A stretch of 64,000 nucleotides of DNA, taken from positions 2,714 through 66,713 of IMG/VR virus record IMGVR_UViG_2932410948_000001. One strand, written 5' to 3'. The stretch's first letter is position 1, and each line of letters starts with the position of its first letter. Position numbers and translations under genes: made by a program. The notes below the pieces were generated by a model, which worked only from the letters and a program-made list of their open reading frames with translations, was not told the DNA's origin and did not search any database. Source of the stretch: a virus (taxonomy: Duplodnaviria > Caudoviricetes). Positions 8,774-17,100 of this stretch are shown piece by piece.

Positions 8774-10635
8774 TGAGCGATTTTTTTTATTATGGACAGA
8801 AGGACACGATCCAGCGCTTGAACGAGCTGGCTGGACGGGGCGCCGTGGTGGCTTCATATGCGCCGAAGGTTGGGATGTCGCCGGTGGGTGGGCCAAATGG
8901 CTACATAAACCCGGCGTGGCTTGATCCCGATAAGTCAGTGGCGTCCAATCTGCCCTTATCTAGTGGTGGAGCAGCTAAATTCGGATATAACTACCTTCAA
9001 ACTCCGGGCGTCGGGCAGCGCCTTTTCAAGTTGGCTATGCTGCCCGCAAGCAGTCCGGTCACATACGCCTCTCTGCGGATTGATGCAGTTATCGGAGGAT
9101 GGGGTTCAGCAAGTCTCACTCCTATGACTATCGTAATTGGCAGCAGAGACGGATTGACAGTCGAGTGGTCCAGCACACGAATTATTCCCACCTCAGTTAG
9201 ATTCTTAACTTACACCGAAGTTGATGGCAGTATTTCGGTGTATTTATTTTTTCTTTCGGAAGTATTCGCCCAAGCGGCTTTTAATCTAATGGGTAATCAA
9301 GCCACTACATACACCTCACCAGTGCCAACGAGTTCAGTTACGGGCACCCTTTCATGGGATTCTTCGGCAGCAGAGGGCACATCTGTGTATATTGCACCTC
9401 GCGTAACGTCCCTTTCTGTGGGGGGCAGGAATACGGGTACGAGTTTTAATGAGGGAATCGCTATTCGAGGCCCAGTGAACTCGAATACTAGCCCGCCTTC
9501 TTATATCTATGGAAGTCTGATGCCAGATTCGCTGCCTGCTGGACAAGCGCATGAAATGATGCGTCTTGCAGTTTCTAGTATGGTAGGAACAAGCTATTCT
9601 GGTCACTGGTCTATCATGTCGTCTGAAGGAACTGGCTCTGCTTTCAAGGATGGGTTCAAACTTATTGTCCGTGCACGTGATACTGGATCTGGTACTTACA
9701 CTGATGACCTGCTTAGGGTTTCTGGTAACGGCCAAGTGTACATGCCGTTGCTGAAAGCTGGCAGTTCGGACGCGACAGCTACCCGCCATGTAATTAATCG
9801 TGTCTCAGCGCAGGCAGAGGAACTCTTATTTATCGGTAGAGAAGGTATCTCGGTTCCGTGCGTAGCTATTCGTGCTTCTGATGGAAATGGTGGATGGAAC
9901 GGTGCTGCCTCTGTGATGCACATCGGAAAAAACAGTACCACAAATCGTGCTATCGCTTCACCAGGTACATTCAATGCTCAAGGCACCGACTATGCGGAGT
10001 ACATGGGTAAAAGTGCTCTTTGCCCTAATATTCTCGCCGGACAGATTGTGGGCATTACCAATAGGAATGAAATCACTGATAAGTGGGCAGATGCCGTCAT
10101 GTTCGCTACCAAATCCACCGATCCATCATTTGTTGGCGGTGATAGCTGGGCAACAGATGTCGGCCACCGTCCTGATGCCCAAGCCGGCATGGAACCTGCA
10201 ATGCCACTTCGCCGTGAAGACGTAATTGGTCAGGTTGTGGTTCCAGAAACTAACCCATCTGAATACACTGAAGGGGTGACTGAAGCGGGAGACACGGATG
10301 AAGAATGGGATACCAAGATGGCTGCGTATCTGCAGGCGCTGGCAGATTGGAACAACGCAGTGCTGAAAGACCGTACTGCAGTGGAAGCATTTGATGCCAA
10401 ACTGGAAGCAGCTCGTCAGCGTGTCGACCGCATCGCCATCGCAGGCCGCGTACCGGTCAACGTGCTGGGCGCCCAGCCGGGCGATTACATCGTGCCCGTG
10501 CAGGACGGAGCGGGCATCCAGGGCATCGCTGTGCATAAGGACGATATCACCATGAAGCAGTACCTGCACGCCGTCGGCCGCGTGATCTCGATCGAGCCGG
10601 ATGGCAGGGCCTACGTGATGGTCAAGGCCGTGTAG
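8773..10635 (+). CDS. Tail fibre/spike with C-terminal autoproteolytic intramolecular chaperone (peptidase G2-like)
   Basis: GTDYAEY...GQIVGI...FVGGDSW...RIAIAGRVPVNV...PGDYIVP motifs; lower-GC central region. Confidence 0.8.
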   Translation: MSDFFYYGQKDTIQRLNELAGRGAVVASYAPKVGMSPVGGPNGYINPAWLDPDKSVASNLPLSSGGAAKFGYNYLQTPGVGQRLFKLAMLPASSPVTYASLRIDAVIGGWGSASLTPMTIVIGSRDGLTVEWSSTRIIPTSVRFLTYTEVDGSISVYLFFLSEVFAQAAFNLMGNQATTYTSPVPTSSVTGTLSWDSSAAEGTSVYIAPRVTSLSVGGRNTGTSFNEGIAIRGPVNSNTSPPSYIYGSLMPDSLPAGQAHEMMRLAVSSMVGTSYSGHWSIMSSEGTGSAFKDGFKLIVRARDTGSGTYTDDLLRVSGNGQVYMPLLKAGSSDATATRHVINRVSAQAEELLFIGREGISVPCVAIRASDGNGGWNGAASVMHIGKNSTTNRAIASPGTFNAQGTDYAEYMGKSALCPNILAGQIVGITNRNEITDKWADAVMFATKSTDPSFVGGDSWATDVGHRPDAQAGMEPAMPLRREDVIGQVVVPETNPSEYTEGVTEAGDTDEEWDTKMAAYLQALADWNNAVLKDRTAVEAFDAKLEAARQRVDRIAIAGRVPVNVLGAQPGDYIVPVQDGAGIQGIAVHKDDITMKQYLHAVGRVISIEPDGRAYVMVKAV

Positions 10636-10654
10636 AAAAACAGTCGTCCACCTT

Positions 10655-10684
10655 AAACCCGCTTCGGCGGGTTTTTTCATTTCC
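10655..10684 (+). terminator. Intrinsic terminator after tail fibre
   Basis: AAACCCGC-TTCG-GCGGGTTTTTT. The 30 bp are identical to the reverse complement of 28025..28054. Confidence 0.8.
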
Positions 10685-10702
10685 ACCATCTGAAAGGCAA
10701 CC

Positions 10703-11131
10703 ATGGCCCTCGAAACCACCGCCGCCGGCGGCGCATTGATCAAACTGTTTGGCGTGCCCGTGCTGGCCGGCGCCGCTGCCACGTCGCTGGGCTTCATGTT
10801 CATGTGGCCCCAATCCACCAAGGAGGCATTTATTCGTTTTTGTTCCAGCATCATCATTTCCACCTTTCTCGGTCCCGTGCTGGTGGCCGCCGTGCTGTCG
10901 TGGTGGCCCAGCCTGTTCGACAGCGCGAAGACCGTGGCGGGCCTGTATGGTGGCGATCCGGCCACGGGATTTTTATTCATCGCTGCGCCGCTGATGGTGG
11001 CGGCCGGCTTGCCTGCCTGGTGGGTGCTGGGCGCCTGCGTGCGCTGGTTCGACAAGCGGCGCGGCAAGGATATCGGCGAACTGGCGGCTGATGCTGCCGC
11101 TGCCGTCAAGGATGTGCGGGGCATGCTGTGA
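10703..11131 (+). CDS. Holin
   Basis: Multi-TM small protein before the endolysin; paralogue of 27496..27924. Confidence 0.75.
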   Translation: MALETTAAGGALIKLFGVPVLAGAAATSLGFMFMWPQSTKEAFIRFCSSIIISTFLGPVLVAAVLSWWPSLFDSAKTVAGLYGGDPATGFLFIAAPLMVAAGLPAWWVLGACVRWFDKRRGKDIGELAADAAAAVKDVRGML

Positions 11132-11643
11132 CAGGCGCCCAATTGATGCAGATCATGCCATTGGCTGGCCGCCGCGCTACGCTGTTCCTGGCACCTTTGA
11201 ATGCTGCGATGGCCGAGTTCGATATTGATACGCCGCTGCGCCAGGCGTCATTCCTGGCGCAGGTGGGCCACGAATCGGGACAGTTACGGTATGTGCGCGA
11301 GCTGGCCAGCGGCGCGGCCTATGAGGGGCGGGCGGACTTGGGCAATGTGATTGCTGGTGATGGCGTGCGCTTCAAGGGACGCGGTTTGCTGCAGGTGACG
11401 GGGCGCGCCAACTATGCCGCGTGCGGCGTGGCGCTGGGCCTGGACTTGCTGGCGGCGCCGCAGTTGCTGGAGCAAACGACTGCCGCTTGCCGCTCGGCGG
11501 GCTGGTTCTGGCAATCGCGCGGCTTGAACCGGCTGACCGACGCGGGCGACCAGGAGCGCGTTACGCGCCGCATCAACGGTGGCTTAAACGGCCTGGCCGA
11601 ACGCCTGGCTCTGTACGCGGCAGCGCGCAAGGTGCTGGCATGA
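11128..11643 (+). CDS. Endolysin, glycoside hydrolase family 19
   Basis: FLAQVGHESG, FKGRGLLQVTGRANY, VTRRINGGLNGL motifs. Confidence 0.92.
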   Translation: MTGAQLMQIMPLAGRRATLFLAPLNAAMAEFDIDTPLRQASFLAQVGHESGQLRYVRELASGAAYEGRADLGNVIAGDGVRFKGRGLLQVTGRANYAACGVALGLDLLAAPQLLEQTTAACRSAGWFWQSRGLNRLTDAGDQERVTRRINGGLNGLAERLALYAAARKVLA

Positions 11644-11966
11644 AGTCGTCGCTGAGCATTGTGGCAATGCTGCTGTTGCTGGGGGCCGCCGTATTTTCCG
11701 CCCAGCGCTGGGGCCGCGAAGCTGGCCGGGCCGCGTGCGCGGCGCAATTGCTGGAGGTGCAAGCTGTGTTGAAGCGCCAGAACCAGGCGCTGAATGCGCT
11801 GCGGGAAGAGGGGGTACGGCGGTCGACACGGGCCCGGCAGGCGTTGGACAATGCGCAGGCCGGACAGGCAGAGGCCCAGGCGGCTGCGGCGCGCATCCTG
11901 GCGCTGCAGCCAGAAGGTGATGCCTGCCGTGCCGCCGAGGCGCTGATTGCCAGCGAAATGCCATGA
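11640..11966 (+). CDS. i-spanin (Rz-like)
   Basis: Start MKSSLSIVAMLLLLG (N-terminal TM) followed by a coiled coil; ATGA-coupled to the endolysin. Confidence 0.7.
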   Translation: MKSSLSIVAMLLLLGAAVFSAQRWGREAGRAACAAQLLEVQAVLKRQNQALNALREEGVRRSTRARQALDNAQAGQAEAQAAAARILALQPEGDACRAAEALIASEMP

Positions 11967-12259
11967 GGCCGCCGTACGAACGTGCGGCAAGGCGCGCAGC
12001 CAGCCTCGCCAGTATTTTAGCCAGTTTATTGCTGGTCAATTTATTGACGGGCTGTGTGGCATGGGCGCCAGCATCGAAGGTGGAAACCATGCCGGTGAGC
12101 ACACCATGCATAAGCACGCGCCTTGTCGCGCCCACCTTGCCGGCGGTGCCATCCCACGGCATCTTCGAGCAAGTACAAGCCTTGCTGGCGCGCGAGCAAT
12201 TGCGTGCCGCCCATGTGCGCCAGCTGGAATCGCTGCTCGATGCTTGCTCCGGCGACTAA
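11963..12259 (+). CDS. o-spanin lipoprotein (Rz1-like)
   Basis: Signal peptide with lipobox LLTGC; follows the i-spanin. Confidence 0.7.
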   Translation: MRPPYERAARRAASLASILASLLLVNLLTGCVAWAPASKVETMPVSTPCISTRLVAPTLPAVPSHGIFEQVQALLAREQLRAAHVRQLESLLDACSGD

Positions 12260-12277
12260 GCCCCATTCGCCAGGTTC

Positions 12278-12309
12278 CAGCCATCAGCCATCAGTGATCA
12301 GTCATCAGC
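12278..12309 (+). repeat. Short 7-bp tandem repeat (CAGYSAT x4.5)
   Basis: cagccat cagccat cagtgat cagtcat cagc at the phage-cluster/host boundary. Confidence 0.6.
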
Positions 12310-12332
12310 GGCCTGCCAGTGCGACCGCCTTT

Positions 12333-12380
12333 TGCCGCTTTCTGGTGCAGGCGCGGGGAGGCATGCGAGAAAACGGTGCA
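12333..12380 (+). promoter_or_regulatory. Two NtrC-like enhancer sites
   Basis: TGCcgctttctGGTGCA (12333-12349) and TGCgagaaaacGGTGCA (12364-12380), 31 bp apart, upstream of a sigma54 motif. Confidence 0.5.
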
Positions 12381-12441
12381 TGCACCGTCAAATTGGCTGG
12401 TCTCTGGTGATTTTCGGCACAATTTCTGTATACAATCCACC

Positions 12442-12457
12442 TGGCACGATGCGTGCA
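12442..12457 (+). promoter_or_regulatory. Sigma54 (-24/-12) promoter for purine permease
   Basis: TGGCACGatgcgTGCA has GG and GC at canonical spacing. Confidence 0.65.
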
Positions 12458-12598
12458 TGGCATTCCTTGGTCGTCCCATCCAAGGAGCTTCGCATGCATC
12501 ATCCGCAGCCAGTGCGTTCCTGTCGTCCCGTTTCTCTCTTGCTTTTCCCTTTCGTCTGCGCCCATCCGGGCCGCGGTAACCCAGGAAATGGAGCGTAA

Positions 12599-14098
12599 AT
12601 GGCCACTCCCCGTCTGAAATCCATCCACCGCGGCATGCCGGGCGCCACGCCTGCCGTGCCATCGCCCGTCGATGAAATCCTGCCAGCCGGCAAGCTGTTC
12701 ACGCTGGGTTTGCAGCATGTGCTCGTCATGTATGCGGGCGCCATCGCCGTGCCGCTGATCGTCGGCCGCGCCCTCAAGCTGCCGCCCGAGCAGGTGGCGG
12801 CGCTGATCAGTGCCGATCTTTTCTGCTGCGGCCTGGTGACCCTGATCCAGTCCCTGGGGATAGGCAAGTACTTCGGCATCCGCCTGCCCGTGATGATGGG
12901 CGTGACCTTTGCCGCCGTCAGTCCCATGCTGGCCATGGCGAACAATCCGGCCCTGGGCATCACCGGCATCTTTGGCGCCGTGGTCGGCGCCGGCGTCGTG
13001 TCCATGCTGATCGCTCCCTTCATCAGCCGCCTGTTGGCCCTGTTTCCGCCCGTGGTTACCGGAAGCATCATTGCCGTGATCGGCGTGTCGCTGATGCGCG
13101 TGGGCGTCAACTGGGCCATGGGCGGGCCGCCAGCCATGGCCCAGATTGCCGATCCTGCCTTCGTCAAGATGGCCGCTGCCGCCACGGCGGCCGGCTTGCC
13201 CGCGCCAGCCGGTCCCGTGCCCATGATTGCCAACCCTGGTTATGGCGCGCTGGATAACATGGGCATTGCCTTCTTCGTGCTGGCCGTCATCTTGTTGGTG
13301 GCCAAGTATGGCCGTGGTTTCCTGTCGAATATTGCGGTATTGATCGGCATCATCGCCGGTACGGCCCTGTCGTTTGCCCTGGGCAAGGCCGATTTCGCCA
13401 AGGTGGCCAGCGCCAAGGCCTTTGCCATCGTCACGCCATTCCAGTTCGGCATGCCGACCTTCGACGTGCTTGCCATCGTCACGATGAGCCTGGTGATGAT
13501 CGTCGTCATGATCGAGTCGCTGGGCATGTTTCTGGCGCTGGGAGAAATGACGGACAAGCGCATCACGCAGGCCGATATCAGGCGCGGTCTGCGCGTCGAT
13601 GGCCTGGGCACCTTGATCGGAGGCATCTTCAATACCTTCCCGTATACCTCGTTCTCGCAAAACGTGGGCCTGGTGGGCGTAACGGGCGTGCGCAGCCGCT
13701 GGGTCTGCGTCGCGGCCGGCATCATCCTGCTCGTCATGGGCGTGATTCCAAAGATCGCGCAGACGGCCGAAGCCGTGCCGGCGTTCGTGCTGGGCGGGGC
13801 AGGGCTGGTGATGTTCGGCATGGTCGCCGCCACTGGCATCCGCATCCTGGCTGGTGTCGATTACAAGAGCAACCGCAACAACCTGTTCATCGTGGCCCTG
13901 TCGATCGGCTTCGGCATGCTGCCGCTGGTGGCCGAGCAATACGCGCAGCACATGCCCAAGGCCTTGTCGCCGTTGCTGCACAGCGGCATCCTGCTGGCCG
14001 CCATCGTCGCCGTTCTGCTCAATCTGTTCTTTAATGGATTGGCGTCGCAGGAAACGGCGCAGGAGCAGGCGCGCGCGAACAGTCATGGCAGCGATTGA
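12599..14098 (+). CDS. Nucleobase:cation symporter-2 (xanthine/uric acid permease)
   Basis: LGLQHVLVMYAG at the N-terminus; NCS2 signature TSFSQNVGLVGVTG; ~12 TM segments. Confidence 0.95.
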   Translation: MATPRLKSIHRGMPGATPAVPSPVDEILPAGKLFTLGLQHVLVMYAGAIAVPLIVGRALKLPPEQVAALISADLFCCGLVTLIQSLGIGKYFGIRLPVMMGVTFAAVSPMLAMANNPALGITGIFGAVVGAGVVSMLIAPFISRLLALFPPVVTGSIIAVIGVSLMRVGVNWAMGGPPAMAQIADPAFVKMAAAATAAGLPAPAGPVPMIANPGYGALDNMGIAFFVLAVILLVAKYGRGFLSNIAVLIGIIAGTALSFALGKADFAKVASAKAFAIVTPFQFGMPTFDVLAIVTMSLVMIVVMIESLGMFLALGEMTDKRITQADIRRGLRVDGLGTLIGGIFNTFPYTSFSQNVGLVGVTGVRSRWVCVAAGIILLVMGVIPKIAQTAEAVPAFVLGGAGLVMFGMVAATGIRILAGVDYKSNRNNLFIVALSIGFGMLPLVAEQYAQHMPKALSPLLHSGILLAAIVAVLLNLFFNGLASQETAQEQARANSHGSD

Positions 14099-14125
14099 AG
14101 AGCCACCCGGTACCGTGAATGCCGG

Positions 14126-17100
14126 TCAGGCAGGCGGCAGAATCCGCTGCACCACGCAATTGCGTCCTGCATCCTTGGCCTGGTACAGCGCGGCATCGGC
14201 CAAGCGCAGCAGGGCGTCCGGATCGGCGGCGCCCGGCGCCAACTGGATCGCGATGCCGACGCTGATCGTCACCTGTTGCGTCTGCGTACTCGCGTGGACG
14301 ATGCCCAGATCTTCGATGGCGCGCCGCAGCGCTTCGCCGATCTGCTGCGCTTCGTCCGTACCGGTATTTGGCAGCACGATTGAAAACTCTTCGCCGCCGT
14401 AGCGCGCCGTCAGGTCACCCGCGCGCCGCATGCCGGCCGCCAGCGCCTGCGCGACTCGGACCAGGCAGGTATCGCCAGCCTGATGGCCGTGACGGTCGTT
14501 GAATAACTTGAAGTAGTCGACATCGAGCATCATGACGGCGAGGGGCTGGCCGACGCGCGTGGCACGTGCACATTCGGTGCGCAGCACGTCGTCGAAATGG
14601 CGCCGGTTCGACAGGCCCGTCAGGCCATCGGTGATGGACAGGGTCGCCAGTTTGCGGTTGGCGTCTTCCAGCTGTTCCGTGCGTTCGGCAACGCGCCGCT
14701 CCAGGCTGTCATGCAGCCTGGCGCTGGAGATCGAGATCATCGCCTGTGCCCCGAGCATGCGCAGGAATGCGACGCGTTCTTCCGTAAACGAGGCGTCGGC
14801 CAGCCGGTTCTCGAAGTACAGGATGCCGTCGATCTGTCCTCCGTGCCGTATCGGCAGGCACATGACGGCGCGCGGCCGCTGCAACTGCACGTACGGATCG
14901 GCGGCAAAGCGCGAGGCATCCGTGATGCAATCCTCGATCACCTCGGCGCCAGTGCGGATGACGTAGCGCAGCAACGACAGCGGAAATTGCGGATCGCTGG
15001 CGGCGTTCAGGTTGATCTGCCGGGATTGCAGGACGGTGGTGGCGTCGCCATCGATATTGGCCTCCAGCCGGTAGCTGCCTTCGGATAGCAGCAGCAGGCG
15101 CGCTACCTGGCCGCCTGCGTTCTCGCACACGATGGAGATCAGGCGTGTCAGCACGTTGCGCAGGCCGACTTCGTTCGACAGGATTTGTGCCGCCTTCAGC
15201 AGCGATACCAGGTCGAGCGCGGAACTGCCGTGCGTGTGGGAGACGGAATGCCGCTGCGTGCTGCGGCCGTCCATTCTTGACAGCAGCGCGGCGTGGCGCC
15301 GCTGCAGCTGCGCCACCTTGCCCTCCGCGCCCCACTGGCCGTAATGCGCGATGGCGTCGCTGATGAATACACCGGCCACGCGCGCCTGTCCCTGGTCGTG
15401 CCAGCATTCGCCGCATAGTTCGTTGCCCAGCGCTTGCATGTTGACGTAGCCTGCCAGGCTGGCGGCGTCGATCGCCTGCTGATAAAGGCGCGTGGCCAGC
15501 GGCAGATCTTCGCGGTAGCGTGCCATCTCGGCCATCACCAGCAGATGTTTGGCGTCGCTATTGTCCGAGCCTTGCCTGGCCCACTCGGTGAGACTCGCCT
15601 GCAGCGTACCGATCACTGTCAGCATATCGCGCGTGTCGGCGCGCGCAGGAGCGCGCCGACACGCGCGGATCAGGATCAGCGCGGCGTAGAAGCTGCATTC
15701 GGCAACCTTGGCCTGGCCGCGCATGATCTGCGTGACGATGCCGAGTTGGCCGGCCAGCAGTTCGGCGTCTGCGCCGTCGAACAGGTAGGCGTTGCGGATC
15801 TTCCCTTGCAGGAAGTAGGCGCGGTACAGGTGCGAGTCGCCATATTGTGCGAGGAAGCGCGCCTCGCTGAAGGTCGCATCGTCGTAACTGTCATGGCGGG
15901 GCAGGAGGCCCATCAGGCACTTGATCGGCTGGACCGCGGCAGCGACGCAGCAATCGGCCATCGCCTGCTGGCCGTTGGCGCGCATCAGCGCCAGGTCGTG
16001 CTCGATGTCGTGCATCAGGTGCGGCAGGTAGTCGCCGAGGATGATCCGGTCGGTGGCGCGCACGGCCGCCACCACGCCGACCTGCACGAAATCGGCGATT
16101 TCCAGCGCCCAGCCAAACGCTTCTTCGTACAGGGCGTCTGAGCCGCGCAGCGGCTGCGTCCAGTGGTTGCTGAGCGCGCCGAACATCAGGCCCGTGAGGG
16201 TGCGCGTCTGCAGGTTGGCGCGGCGTCTGGCCAGCGCCATCGCCATCGCGCCGAAGTCGTAGCCGCGCACGACGTCGCCGCTGTACAGCGCCAGCATCAT
16301 CGCGTAGCCGACATACGCGACAGCGCTGAAATCGCTGTTCCCCCGCTGCATGGACAGGCGCGTCATCGACACCACCATTAGCGCGCTGAGATCCTGCTGG
16401 CCGGCATAGTAGCTGGCCATCCACAGGCCCTGCATCATCTGCATCGCGGCCACCGCGTCCGGCTCGCACATGTCGCCGGCCTCCAGCAAGGTCGTGGGCG
16501 CATGCGCGCCACGTTGCCGCCCGATATCGGCGAGGATATCGTTGAAGCGTGCCTTCATGTGCGCCACATCGTGCGGAATGTCGATGTCCAGCTGCGCCAG
16601 GCCGTCGCGCTGCACGGCGATGGCGTCGAGCAGGCGGCCCTGCAATTGATACTGGTGCGCCTGGATGGCAATGCAGCGTACCTGCTGCAAGGAGTTCAAG
16701 GCACGCGCGCGCACCAGTGGATAGATCGCCTCGGCGACATCAAATTGGCCACACAGGTAGGCCGCTTCCGCCGCGCCCAGCTGCAGTTCGAGCCAGAGGC
16801 CGGCGTGGACGTTCCCCGCATCCGCCGGCAGAAGGTCGAGACCGATTCGCATGTGCTCGAGGGTGGACTGGAACGCGGCAGAACGCCGTGCCTTGACGCC
16901 GGCCTGGAGATTGAGCGTCGCCAGCTGCACGCGCTCGCCCGCATCGCCGATCAGCGCACGCCCCGCGTTGAGCTGCTCGACGATGTCAAACAGTGTCTCG
17001 TCCTGGCGCTCGGGTGCCGTATGCCGCAGGAGCAGGCGACCGATGAGAAGATGGTTGGCCACGCGCGTAGCGGCATCGACGACCAGGTAGGCTGCCTGCT

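Noticed and set aside
12278-12309. 7-bp tandem repeat as att site or mini-CRISPR
   Set aside because: No spacers, no cas genes and no second copy elsewhere in the window.
12300-12598. Purine riboswitch upstream of the permease
   Set aside because: No match to the purine aptamer core that I can see; sigma54/NtrC elements explain the region.
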